A DNA stretch of 64,000 bases. Origin: Epithemia pelagica. Taxonomy: Eukaryota > Protista > Bacillariophyta. The stretch lies in the NCBI GenBank assembly GCA_946965045.2, contig OX337242.1, positions 2,232,001 through 2,296,000 of the forward strand, read 5' to 3'. Below are positions 1 through 11,541 of this stretch, in pieces. A program made the position numbers and the translations under genes. Within the stretch, counting starts at the first letter, position 1. The number at the start of each line of letters is the position of its first letter. The notes below the pieces were generated by a model that did not search any database, had not been told where the DNA came from, and saw only the letters and a program-made list of their open reading frames with translations.

Positions 1-165
1 AAAGGATGATACGGAACGACCAACGACGAGGAGCATGAGAAGCACCACACGGAACCAACTCCACTGCTGGTACGCAAGCGGGGTGTGGAAAAAGCAAGTA
101 GAAGAAGAAGAAGAGGCAAGGGACGATTCGCGTTGAGGAAGTGACAACGGCTTCGCGTCTCCCAT
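1..165 (-). CDS. 5' end of a gene running off the window; signal peptide or plastid bipartite-like presequence
   Basis: ATG at 165 opens 55 stop-free codons to base 1: MGDAKP...WSWFRVVLLMLLVVGRSVSSF. The hydrophobic core is followed by SS-F, resembling the diatom ASAF cleavage motif. Confidence 0.55.
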   Translation of the reverse strand, partial: MGDAKPLSLPQRESSLASSSSSTCFFHTPLAYQQWSWFRVVLLMLLVVGRSVSSF

Positions 166-722
166 GGTACAACGAACGTGAGGCTGTTTTTGAAAAAAAA
201 AAAGATCCACTTGCACAAGATTTCTGGTGTGACGCATCTCGAGTCCTGTTTCCTCGGGAACCAAACTTGGCTTGCGCGAAAGAAGGATTTTGGTCTTGTT
301 CGTTGTGGGGTGTCTGTCTTGTTTTACTCCCAAGAGTCCCCTGGTGTCTGGTGTGACGACTCGTGGCTGGCATGGACAATCAAGAATCACGAGACAGTTG
401 AGAATTGGGAATTGGTTCAAGATTCCCCTTAACGCGGCAGAGGTGGAATGTGATTGAAGCAGACCTGCTTGAACTATGCTATTTTGTTCGCATCGTGACT
501 CCTCCTTCAGTCTTTGATGCCTGTGTGTGCCTCTTCTTTCAAGGCATGGTTCTGTCAGAACAACAGACCCAAACGACAGAAAAGAAGGAATCAACCATCA
601 TTGAGAAGAATAGAGAGAGGCATTCCAACAGAACGACACGTTCCAATCCATGGCGTCGTAGTGCCTTCCTCTGGATTGTTGCAAGTAGAGATTGAAGAAG
701 AACAACAACGTCACAAACAGCC

Positions 723-1808
723 ATGTTGAATCGTAGCAAGAGCAATCGTGCTACAGGTCCTCGATATTACCACCACCATCAATCGTTGCCCCAGAATCCG
801 GACGGGTCGGCACCACACCCCGCCGAAGACGTGTCGGAAAGTGCCTTGTGGATGGAAGAAAAACTCTTGTGGTCTTGCATTGCACGCAATGATGTCATGC
901 TGGCCGAAGTGGGAGAAGATCCCTTTGAGGGTGCCGTCGTGGAAACGGCACGTCTCTTGTTGGACAAGAAACATACACCGGGATGGGAATTTTGTACCTA
1001 CAAACCACACAACAACAGCAACAAACAGCACCAGCCCCAATCGGCGGCGGGCGACGACGATGTCTCCTTTCCATCTCCCCCCACCGTGCAACGACATATT
1101 CCCCGACTCAAGGGCATCAAGTTTCATGTGTACGAAAACTCGGATGAAATGTACGATTGCTGTTCCTATCATCATCAGGGTGGTAATCATGGTCCCATTG
1201 TGTGGGTCTTTGCGGCCGTCTACAATCCCGAAGCCTGGGAAAATTACAATGACATTATTGTCGATGTCAAGAATTTTATTCAAAAGATTGAAGGATTGAC
1301 CGCCCTGCCGCGATTGTGCGATCCGGCCTGGCGCAAGGGACCTCCCCTCTCCTGTCAAGTCAGTTTTGCCGCCATTTTGTTGCAACGCATGCAAGAAGTC
1401 ACCTATTACGGCAAATGGGCTCGGATGCAACAATCCCTCTACGACAGTAGTGCCAATGTCATTATGCAGGACAATATTACGGCCATTTTGGAATACGAAG
1501 ATCGCTTTTGCGAATTTGAACAACGAAGTTTTTCCAACACTAGTAGTAGCAGCATCGCCTTGGATGGCCCCAGTCCCGTCGTTCCCCGACGTGTCCGGCA
1601 AAAAATGATGCGACAAGAACGACAATTGATTCGGGCGCAAAAACGACAACAAAAACAGCAGCAACAACAACAACTGGCCCGGTCCACCACCAGGGCCATG
1701 CGACGCAAGGCACTCATGCAAAGTGCCAAATATGGAGCCTTGATTGGATCGGCCGTCACGGCCGCCGTGGCGGTGTGTATTGCCACACCCCTCATTGCCG
1801 TCTTGTAG
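723..1808 (+). CDS. Hypothetical protein with Q-rich coiled segment and C-terminal hydrophobic tail (possible tail anchor)
   Basis: 361-aa ATG ORF with a globular-looking middle and the C-terminus YGALIGSAVTAAVAVCIATPLIAVL*. No family recognised. Confidence 0.7.
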   Translation: MLNRSKSNRATGPRYYHHHQSLPQNPDGSAPHPAEDVSESALWMEEKLLWSCIARNDVMLAEVGEDPFEGAVVETARLLLDKKHTPGWEFCTYKPHNNSNKQHQPQSAAGDDDVSFPSPPTVQRHIPRLKGIKFHVYENSDEMYDCCSYHHQGGNHGPIVWVFAAVYNPEAWENYNDIIVDVKNFIQKIEGLTALPRLCDPAWRKGPPLSCQVSFAAILLQRMQEVTYYGKWARMQQSLYDSSANVIMQDNITAILEYEDRFCEFEQRSFSNTSSSSIALDGPSPVVPRRVRQKMMRQERQLIRAQKRQQKQQQQQQLARSTTRAMRRKALMQSAKYGALIGSAVTAAVAVCIATPLIAVL

Positions 1809-2246
1809 TAGTAGACGACGCAACACAACACAACAACAATAAGGAAAAGAAACCCTCTGGATGGACGAGTATAAATTCATGAAGGTTCTGACGAAAACGT
1901 TAGGGTTACGTGTCTCGTGGTGTGCGACCAGGGAGTGTATGTACCGAGGGGCATTGTACGAATGGATCCACTGGATTCGTTTCAGACGTTTTGTCTGGAT
2001 TGAGAGCCAAGACGACTGCAAAATGGGATTGCCGTGGTTCTCTCTCGAGTGTATACAACCTAATCATCAATATAAGCGTTCTAAGAAAATACGTTCGAGC
2101 TAGTATTCTTCCAAACCCTTTTTTAATAGACCTCTGTGATACAATCCACTAAGAATTCCCATTTGAGAACGGTCGTCCCACCAAAGCGAACAAACTACTG
2201 CCACATCTCGACTGTATTCATGGATACTTGGTCAAATTCTCAGTTT

Positions 2247-4433
2247 TTACAACTCTTCAAATTGAAACTCACTATCCTTGGGCAAAATGCCCATCTTCTT
2301 TTTGCGTCGCCATTCTCGTTTGGCTTCTTGTAGATTGTATTTCCGTTCCATCTCTTCAGCGATTCGATTGACATAAGCCACATCGGCATCGCCTTGTCGT
2401 TCCCGGCGTCGTTCCTTGCGACTTAGTTTTCTCTTGGGTGGTTCCTCTTGTTGTTGTTGTTGTTGTTGTTGACGTTTCGTGTCCGTGCCATTATGGGCTT
2501 CTTCAATTTGTTTTTGTAAGGCCAAGCGTCGTTCTCGGAGCTTAATGGTATTGGGGGCTTGCAACCGTCGTGGCGGTCGTCCATCGATGGCCGCCTGGGC
2601 GGTAGCTACGGCGGCAGCCGAATGACTCGCGACCAAATTCTTGGCCCATTGGAGTTCGGTACGATTCAACAACCTCCAGGTACCTGGTTTCAATACTACT
2701 TCCACGCCGTTCTCCGAGTCCGACTCGTCCAACGACTTGTCGTCGTCACTGTCCTTGGTTGTGTCCGGATTCTCGCTGGTGCTACTACTGCTGGTGCTAC
2801 TACTGCTGGTGGTGGTGGTGGACGGCGACGGCGACATGAGAGAAATATCTCCAAATCGAACCCGTTGCAAATCCACAACTTCATGACCACAATTGGCCAA
2901 CATGCGTCGAACCATGCGATGTTTGCCTTCCTGTACGACCAATCGGACGGTGGACAATTGTTGCGTATACTCGTCCAACAAGACTTTGAGGTATCCGCGT
3001 TCGCGCAAATCCGTGACATTGTATTCGGGTGGCAAGGCGTGACGCACGCGACGCAAATAGTCGGCTACCTCCGGAGGATTGTCCATGACGGTCACTTCCA
3101 AGACTTGAGCGGTATGTCGACCTTCGGCCGTTTCGACGCCGTCGGCCAATTGCTGTGTCAAGGCTGTGGCATTGACAGCACCCGCGACTGTGGCGACATA
3201 TTCCTTGGCAATCCCATGTTTGGGATGCAACAAGTGTTGGGTCAAGGGTCCGTGGGAACTAAAGAGCAACAAACCAGACGAATCGTAATCCAATCGTCCG
3301 ACTGGATGCATTCCTGGCAACAGGTCGGGAGAATCCAAACAGGGACGCTGTTGAGGGTCTTTTCGGACCGATAAGACCCATTTGGGTTTGTGATAGGCTA
3401 CCAAGAGTGGCGGTGGCTGTGGTACATATTCCTTCTTGTCCAAAAAGAGAATGGCATTCATGGGCAATCGAGTGGACGCCCCCTGGATCAAACTCCAATA
3501 ACAGCGGGGAGACTGGTCCGTCGTTTCGTTCCCATTGTTGTCCTTGTCATCTTTCGACTCTTCAGAGGTTGAGCTTCTAGCATCAATGGTTGTAGCTTTC
3601 TCCGTTGTGTCCTCCTCCTCATCTTGGTCCGTATTCGTGTGGGGAGGCTGGTACTGGTACGTGCGCATCCAGTCCGGTATGGTCCAGTCATTGGCAGGAA
3701 GTGGTGGAAATTGTGGAATGGTCAGTTTTTCGTTCATGGGTTTATTGGGACCATACTGCAAGACTTGCCAAACACGATCATATTTGAGCAAGGTGGCACA
3801 TTCCGATCGACTCCGTTGCGTCCGATGGGCCAAGACTCGATCGGCTCGAAACAATGTTCCCGGTAGATGCACCAATTGTTTCGACTTTTTCGTTTTCTTC
3901 TTCTTCTTCTTCTGGCTTCCACCACCACCACCACCATCACCATCATCCGACGACTTCGTCGTTACCGACGAATACAATCGAGCCAAGGACCCAGAATAAT
4001 GGTTCTTCCAAGAGGAGGCCCACCCTCGAGTTTCTCTCAAGAGCATCATTGATGGATACGATACAGAGGAAAAAGAGCAAGACCCTCCTCCATATCGTGG
4101 AGAGGAGAGAGCTGGAGAAGCCAAAGTAATTCTTCTTCTGTTGCTGGTTGTTACGAAGGATCCAGGTGAAACAAAGGAAGATATTCTTCTTGTTGTTATT
4201 GGAGTCATCGTTTTCATCGTCGTCATCGTTGCAAGTGGTCGGCCTCGACCCATGGACGACATTCGGCAGCCCACTGGCATGGTGACTTTGGAATTCGTCC
4301 AATGGACCAACCCGGGAGGAGGGTTTCGACGAAGTGACTCGGAGCTGTGCGTCAACAGCAACAACACCCAACACACACAGAGTAGAGAAGTGGACCAGAG
4401 TGACTTGCTTGCGACCAACAACACTCGTACCAT
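2247..4433 (-). CDS. Pseudouridine synthase, RsuA/RluB/E/F family, with N-terminal targeting presequence
   Basis: S4-like FRADRVLAHRTQRSRSEC; YHKPKWVLS; catalytic PVGRLDYDSSGLLLFS; EGKHRMVRRML..LQRVRFG. Likely ATG at 4433 (MVRVLLVASK..LLLLTHSSES signal peptide), followed by a Ser/Thr/Arg-rich transit-like region. Confidence 0.92.
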   Translation of the reverse strand: MVRVLLVASKSLWSTSLLCVCWVLLLLTHSSESLRRNPPPGLVHWTNSKVTMPVGCRMSSMGRGRPLATMTTMKTMTPITTRRISSFVSPGSFVTTSNRRRITLASPALSSPRYGGGSCSFSSVSYPSMMLLRETRGWASSWKNHYSGSLARLYSSVTTKSSDDGDGGGGGGSQKKKKKKTKKSKQLVHLPGTLFRADRVLAHRTQRSRSECATLLKYDRVWQVLQYGPNKPMNEKLTIPQFPPLPANDWTIPDWMRTYQYQPPHTNTDQDEEEDTTEKATTIDARSSTSEESKDDKDNNGNETTDQSPRCYWSLIQGASTRLPMNAILFLDKKEYVPQPPPLLVAYHKPKWVLSVRKDPQQRPCLDSPDLLPGMHPVGRLDYDSSGLLLFSSHGPLTQHLLHPKHGIAKEYVATVAGAVNATALTQQLADGVETAEGRHTAQVLEVTVMDNPPEVADYLRRVRHALPPEYNVTDLRERGYLKVLLDEYTQQLSTVRLVVQEGKHRMVRRMLANCGHEVVDLQRVRFGDISLMSPSPSTTTTSSSSTSSSSTSENPDTTKDSDDDKSLDESDSENGVEVVLKPGTWRLLNRTELQWAKNLVASHSAAAVATAQAAIDGRPPRRLQAPNTIKLRERRLALQKQIEEAHNGTDTKRQQQQQQQQEEPPKRKLSRKERRRERQGDADVAYVNRIAEEMERKYNLQEAKREWRRKKKMGILPKDSEFQFEEL

Positions 4434-4921
4434 TCCCCTTTTACGCTTGGGACAGAATCTACCTAGGTAGTAGGAAGAGAACAATGGGTGTGTTGTGTTT
4501 CTTGCTCCGACCTCCGACACAACTTCAGGGCAGGTGGATCATTCCCTTCTTCTTCCTTGCGTCTTGCCCTCTGATTTTTTCTGGGGAGGGTATCTTTTTG
4601 TCGAACCGGGAGCACGACAGACTCCAACTGCGATCGTCAGTCGCCCAGAACTGCTTTCGCTCCACACCAGAAAACTTCCTAGCTGTCTACTCCAAAAATG
4701 CGAGACGAACTATCTATGGTCTCTACAAGAGCTTTGGTACATAGTCTGGTATCGAGCTCTCTAGGAAGTCGGAAAATACACGCAACAACACGGTGCTCCA
4801 CAACCACTCTACCACGGCCACAGAGACAAAGTCCGAAGACGAAGACGAACACAAAATCACCGTATCCCGTAACGCAAAGCAAATCATTACAGTCCCAAAG
4901 AAGAAAACGACCAGGAGGATA

Positions 4922-6834
4922 ATGTCTCAAGAAAGAGAGATGGCTTGTAATGAGTTGGAAACTCAATTAGATAAGCTACGGGAAGCGACAGGAATTCCTA
5001 AAGACGACAGGTGGACACAGGAGTCTTCCATCTGGCTTAAATTGGATGGCATATCTTTCAAGTTTCTCGAAATGTTCGTGGATATGGAGAAGCTAACGAG
5101 GGACAAGGAGCGTTTAGAGAATGACAACAAGCGTTTAAAGAACGAAGTTGCCGAGAGGGATCAAAATATGGAGAAGGTAATGAGGGACAACAAGGAAGTG
5201 ATAGACGAGAAGAATAAGAAGATTTTGAGCATGACCATTGAAGGTCTCCTCCGATCTCCGCCTGTTATGGAGGTCGAAAAGAAAGGTGGAACGCTTTCAG
5301 GCGCCCATGTCCCGCCCGGTCGGACAAAGTGTACAGCATCGCGTTCCCAAGAATTTCGGAATGAAGAAATCCCCATCAATCTTTTGCCTCAACGCACGCG
5401 AGAGACGCCTTCGGTTTTGCTGGCCACATTTAGCGAACAAAATGGTTCAGAACACAAGCTTACACGAACATTCGGGTCGGAAGCTGACATTCGACATCTT
5501 GTTCGAATTGCTCTGATTGATTCTGTTCGCATTGTCGAAGGACTTTTGAATTCAGGGACTGAAGATGACAAAGACTTGCTTGACGAGAGAGCTGAAGCGA
5601 GCATGTTTTCAAACAAACCAGATATTCTGGTAGTGTCGTTTGCAGGGCTTCTCGGTCCGCCACTGTTTGCTGTGGAAGTGACAGAGCCATGGGGCTCGAA
5701 CAGTCAAGAGATTGATCCGGAAATCTGGGACAAGGTCTATGACTTATGAAACTCCAGGGTCACAACAACCCATTTGTTGTTTTAACTTCTTTTCGCGAAT
5801 CGTTGCTTGTGTGGGATCAAGACCATATCCATTGCCAAAAACAAGCAAAAAACAACGCCGACCGTTTCCAACGGGAGAACCTTGACGCGATTCGAAAGAA
5901 TTTTGAGTTCTCGGATGGTCCGGGCACTGCACCCCCGCGCACGATAGCAGAAGAACGAGTGTCTCCAACTAGCACAGGTATCGCAGGTGGGACACGAAAG
6001 AAACAGAAAACTACTGATGGGAACAAGAAGCTGCGTCATTCAGGGCCTGTCGGTGCCAGAGACATTGTGAAGCTGCTCACCAATGGCCTCATTTGTAGTC
6101 TTTCTAATCTCCAAGGACCAACTACATTGCCGAAACTGCCTGATGATTTTGTTGGTCGAAGTGTCTTTGTTCTGGAATTGAAAAAGGACGAGGGGGAATA
6201 TGAGTTCCACGAGCATATGTTCAACGAAATCAAGTCTTGGGACATGGAGCTTGTGAAAGATGAAACCGAGTTTTATGTGGTCGGCGTGATTGGTGTCGAG
6301 CTTACATCGCGTGTCTTTTGGGCCATTTCCAAAAAGCATTCTTGTGAATGTGTCATCAAGATGTATGTCCGTAAGTACGATGAAGCGGAGAACTACACTT
6401 TTATTGAGGAAAGCGAATTCAAGAGCAATGCTAAGAAGGCAATGGATCTCGAGCAGGAAATGTATCGTACCAAATACTCGCAGGGGACGGTACGGGTCAC
6501 TCTGAATGGCTTGGAATGCCTTGTTCTTGAAAGTTATCGATTAAGCACTTCTTGATTTCATCCCTTGAATCAAGTGGATGAAATCAAGAAGTGCCTAATC
6601 TAGAACTTTCAAACGAGAAAGCCAATTCGTACGCCGGGGATGTTTTCCATATGTAAGTCAAAGGATCATATACATGTGTTTTACAAGTTCAAGAAAATGG
6701 ATCAGGCATGGAGACACTGTGGCTATTTTAACGACGGTACGGAGCAGAAATTGCGTATATTCAGGCTCTGAGACATCGACGAGAACAAGAATTACCTGAA
6801 CGAACATATGGAGAAAACCATTAACCACTACTAA
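4922..6834 (+). pseudogene. Disrupted coiled-coil + PD-(D/E)xK-like + kinase-like gene (Crinkler-type architecture)
   Basis: ORF 4793-5749 (SEADIRHLV..KPDILVV..FAVEVTEP) frameshifts at ~5745 into ORF 5746-6555 (VVGVIGVELTSRVFWA..CVIKMY). That frame continues past stops at 6553, 6601 and 6769 with YKFKKMDQAWRHCGYF..LRIFRL. Confidence 0.6.
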
Positions 6835-7063
6835 CTGTTCATCAAACACAAGACGGAGACGCTGAGGACCATACCAAGAGCGGAATAGTATGCTGATAGC
6901 GGGAGTATTTCCCTGGGGCGCTTGTCTGCAGAACAGTTCTTCTGATCACTTTCTTCCTTTATTGTCCCACAACTTTCCTCGATTTGTTTCCATTTATTTC
7001 TCTCGAGTACTCTTGGAGGCTAGCAAAGTATATGATACGCACAAGCGCAGGTCCTCGAAAGGA

Positions 7064-8049
7064 TTACAGTTCATGGACAAAAAATGAAACCCCGTTTTCT
7101 ACAAATGGGTAGTCCGGTGTGCTTTGCGACGGCACAAACAAATATCCCTTCAACTCCACCTTTCGAAAGTGATTCTCAAATACGGTCTGGACACATGTCT
7201 GGAGAAACTGTGTGGCCACCATAATTTGCTTTTGAGCCTGATTTCGCGTGGTTGTCGTATTGTCACGACAAAGGACACCACAGGTAATGATCGCCTGCGA
7301 CTGGCCCTTGTTCAACACCAGCGAACCCCGTAGATTCATGGTAATTTGAATACGTATTTTGGCAAAAATATTGGTTTCAGTCGCCAATCGTTGTGGATCT
7401 TAATATCGGGCAGCTAACTCCAACAACAAAAATCCGGGGCCATCCGGAAGTAACAAGGAATCCAAGGCGGCGAGTTTGTCCTTTTCGACAAAGGCCTTGA
7501 GGAGTCGTTGTAGGACCACAATGACAATGTCTGGCATGGTCTTCTTTTTATTATTTTTCTTTGACGATTCAGTAACAGTCCAACTCCTTTATGATAATCC
7601 TTCTTTTCAAACGCTTGCCGGGCAACCCAGGTCACGTACGCCTTGTAGTGTACGGAAAAACTGGCCAGGCACGCCTTGGCCAAGGGAACGACATAGTCTT
7701 GTGCCTTGATTGCGAGAGAGGTTGCCGCCAGTCTTCGTTGGTCGGCTGAAGCGTCGGGAGTTAGTTTGTCATAATTGGCCGTGGAGAGGAGGTAAATGGC
7801 ATCGTTCAAACTGGAAATGACAAAGGGTTTGGTTGAAAAGCTCGTTCCCATTTCTTGATTGATTTGTAATCTCAGGCGGTTATCCGACAGTTCATTGAGT
7901 TTGGTATGAACTTGACCTTTCAAAGTATCGAGTTCGCCTTTCATATCCATCAGTTCGGTATGGAAACGCTTCATTCTTGTTTCCATTCGGTCGAGCTTGG
8001 TATCCATGCCTTCCACCAAGCCGGTTAGTCTGTTCACTCCGTAGGTCAT
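7064..8049 (-). pseudogene. Disrupted coiled-coil protein with degenerate restriction-endonuclease-like C-terminus
   Basis: ATG 8049, heptad coiled coil (MDTKLDRMETRMKRFHTELMDMKGELDTLKGQV). A frameshift near 7560 leads to MPDIVIVVLQRLLKAF..ELAARY, then in-frame TAA at 7400-7402, then ORF 7064-7387 (MNLRGSL..IITCGVLC..AQKQI..LKGYLFVP). Confidence 0.45.
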
Positions 8050-8895
8050 GGTTCTGAATATCGTTTGTTGGGAAAGGAGATGGAAACGGTATCCGCAAAG
8101 AGATAAAAAGTGAGTGAGCTCCTTTCTCACCAAGTGTTGTGGGTCAAGAGGTAAGCTTATTGTTAAGGGCTGGTTGGTTTCTTCAGACTGGTCTCTGAAA
8201 CGGAACAAAAGAGGAAGATTTTGTTCCGAATCTTTTGCGATCTATGATCAGAATTAGGGGGGGAGCACCCCCAAGATTGTGGTTTGTGCACTTTTCTCAA
8301 CCACCACACATTGACGTGATGATGAGACGACGACAATGGCAATGGCGGTCATCCGCCTCCCTGGTTCCACTGCCATAAAGTATGTGTCGCTTTGGTGACA
8401 ACCCAGCCACATTGTCTGTTTTGTCTACGTCTTTTCAAAGAAGCGCGTCCTCTAAGGTCCCAAATAAATACGTACACCACAAGAATTAAACATTTTCGAC
8501 CGGGAACCTGAAGGTGTGTGTATGTCGTCGTCGTTCCACATGCCAATTGGAACGTCAAGAAGAAAGGTATTATTTTGGTTAAAGTATTATCATCATGTGG
8601 CATCGTGTTTCGTCGTCGCAACCACAAAGACGATCGTCCACGCAGCCATCTTCCTCCTCAGAAAGGTGTGAGGAGGACTCCTTGCCCTTGTCGGTGACAA
8701 ACGCCTCCGCCACCAACTCAAAAGTAAGTTTGAATGAATCGCGACCGGAAAGTCGCCTCCTATAGATCTCATCAAGTTCACTTGTTCATCTCATCCTCCC
8801 TTCCCTCCAACACAACCTAAAAGAAGAAGAAGAAGAATGCCAAACAGCAACCACGCCTTCGACGAGTCCGAACTCTGTTATATTCAACGTTGTGG

Positions 8896-10688
8896 ATGAC
8901 CATTGCCCTCGTGGCATGGTGGACCGTCCTTGTGGTATCTTTGCAACACGTTTGGCGAAAACTCCAACAAGGCGACAATGATCTGGTAGGGTTCTTATTG
9001 CCAGTACACGCTCACTACTACGATGCCACCCAGAATCACCGCCCCGTGTTGACTGGGGACGATTCACCCTTGGATCCCGAACTCCAGGCCCTTGGTTCGG
9101 ACGACGGTGACTGGACGAACAAGACAGTCTTTTTGTGGATTCATTGCAGGACACGTATTCGTCGATGTCTTTATCTTCCTCCACCACTGCTGCTGCGTGG
9201 ATGGAGGTTCACCATGCATGGGAATCGCAACAAGCCCACTTGGAATCGTGTTGGTACAATCGTCATGGCCTGGTACATGTCCTTCACACAAAGTTGTTGC
9301 AGCATCATGTTCGGTTGCGCGACTCGACACTGGCTCGATGGTATCAATTTCAAACCTTTACGGTACCGTCGATCCTGGGACAAACCAATGCAGAATTTTT
9401 GTGGATTATTTGGACAGACCCTCGTTTGACACCCTCCACCGAACAAGCCTTGCACGAATGGCTCCGACACTTGCAAGAGGAACAACAAGACAACGAGTCA
9501 TCCATTGTTCACAAAATTGTCATGATTGCCTACAAGAAACAGTGTCACGACATTCGTTCACCGTGGTTTCAAGATACCTTTGATCCTTCGTACATGATTG
9601 CTGGTAGTTACAAATTGCTCATGAACTATCATCATGCAGTAGTCGCTCAGTCCAGTTCCACAAACCATTCTGGTTCTTCTTCGTCCTCCCGTTCGATTGC
9701 CACCGCCGTCTTGGAAACCGTTCTCGATGCGGACCATGCTCTGGCCACGAATTATGTTCAACTTGTGCAAGAAGAAGCTGTTCAAGCATTTTCCTTATCT
9801 CCGGACTCGAGCCATGCCCAGCATCCAGCTCCAAAGATTCGCTTTTGGTGTCCTTCTCAGTTGGTAGACTGGGAGTATTTTGTACCATCTTGGCTCCCAA
9901 AGGAGGATCCACTTGTAGAAGAGCAGCAGCCACATGTCGTTCAAGAGGGCACGATGGACGGAGCTAAGCGTTCCAGAGGCTTGCGGAGTCAGGAAGAACC
10001 TACCGAACCACCACTAGAGGGCAAGGACAACAAAGATCCTTTGTTGAAGGAACGTGGCTATTTTCATTTTTCCGCGACACAATCTCGCGACAAGTGCTTG
10101 TCTTCCGCGGGTACTACGATTGGATATGCACCTCCTTCGACGACCTTGGAGCAACACTTCTCCCTTTTTGCCCAGGAGAGAGGAGCAACGGCATGGCATG
10201 AAACAATTCCCTTGTGCGATGACACGAACGAGGCCAACTGTTTAGGCTTCTTGACCCGAGCCAGGGATCCACAACAACAACTACATGGGCACGGCGGCGA
10301 CTCTTTGGAGGATGAGGTTGCTCAGGCTATGGTGTTGCGATCCACGACGATTACCGGTGCTCCAACGAAATCGATTTTCACCAAGTTTCCTCCTCCACCC
10401 TCAGTGACACAGGCAGTTCAACTGCAACATATAATGTGGAATCACTTGCACTTACAATTTGCGATTGTTCCCGAATCCGTTCGTTCCTTTCGATACCAAT
10501 TTCAGCGGCATTTGGATGCCATTTTGTTGGATATGCTCACCATTTGTTTGCCCAGCACCAATGCTTGCAAACCGCAAAGCAGACAAACGTTACAAGAACT
10601 ACTCGTGATGGTTGGCCTCAAACCTCTGCGGAACCCCTCCCTAGCTAGGACAAGGAAATCGGACAAACAAGCATTTATACAAGATTAG
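8896..10688 (+). CDS. Type II membrane, putative rhamnosyltransferase-like (GT-A fold) protein; frameshift or intron near 9110-9150
   Basis: Signal anchor MTIALVAWWTVLVVSL in frame 1. Frame 3 carries HVLHTKLLQHH..ARWYQFQTFTVPSILGQTNAEFLWIIWTDP and ETVLDADHAL, resembling the Rhamno_transf-type motifs. Confidence 0.65.
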
Positions 10689-11541
10689 TCCTGGAGGCAC
10701 ATGACCTTACTCTTAGCATCTCTAATAAGAATGTGGTCAGGAAATGGTGTGTTTCAAAGGGCCTCTCAGCCTTGCTGATAGCTGGCGTTCCACATTGCCT
10801 TGCGCTCTCTAGCTAGGTAGAATCCTTCGAAGGAACGTTATGATTCGTTTCACTTTGGTCGAATCACTTCATCGCAGTCGTCTAGAGATTGGAGCATTTT
10901 CAGGAGACAAAGAGATGCAAAATGGAAATCGAAGCGACTTGCGTCTACTAAGTTAATCCAGACATGCAACTAGATGTCGTTTGAGTCCACGACACTTGTT
11001 ATTTTGTCGTGGCCCTAGTCGTCTCAGTGTCCACCCTGGTCGACTATAGTAGCCGGTTTTGTCCATTCCGACCAAACAAGAAGCCCCAGAACCCAGAACC
11101 AACGGTGGGGACTGGTTGGTTCTTCTTGACCTGTTTTTCATCTAGTTTGAAATACGATGGACCATTGTTTGGATCTTGGGGTGGAGATGGCGGTTAGGAG
11201 CAGGGTCCCGAATCGATGCTCCCGAACGTTCCTCACTCGTGTCAACGCATTTGATTTCGGCACGTTGGACTGCACCCAGAATCCCAAGAGAGCAAAAGGA
11301 ATTTTCTTTGAAACAAAGAATGTTGCGGGGGTAATGCGACCCGCCTGGGTTTGTTCGCGTAAAAATCTGAAAACCTTCCTCCCTTCGCGATTCGCGAACT
11401 GATCTCTTTCCCCCGACTGTGACCAGAACGAGCGACGACAGTGTCACGCTGTAAGGAACTCGGCGAAACGAATGGGAGGAGACAATCGATCGGATTCATT
11501 TATTGTCGTCGATAGTGAACGACGACATCCCCATCCCATGA

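Noticed and set aside
193-203. A11 run as a retroposon tail
   Set aside because: No TSD or upstream element; it is an ordinary homopolymer in a divergent intergenic region.
711-2021. 436-aa minus-strand ORF
   Set aside because: Antisense shadow of 723-1808 with no ATG start and no protein-like motifs.
2559-3374. 271-aa plus-strand ORF
   Set aside because: Antisense to the pseudouridine synthase catalytic domain.
10953-11499. Several 60-100-aa ORFs on both strands
   Set aside because: No consistent frame, splice model or motif; may be UTR or decayed sequence.
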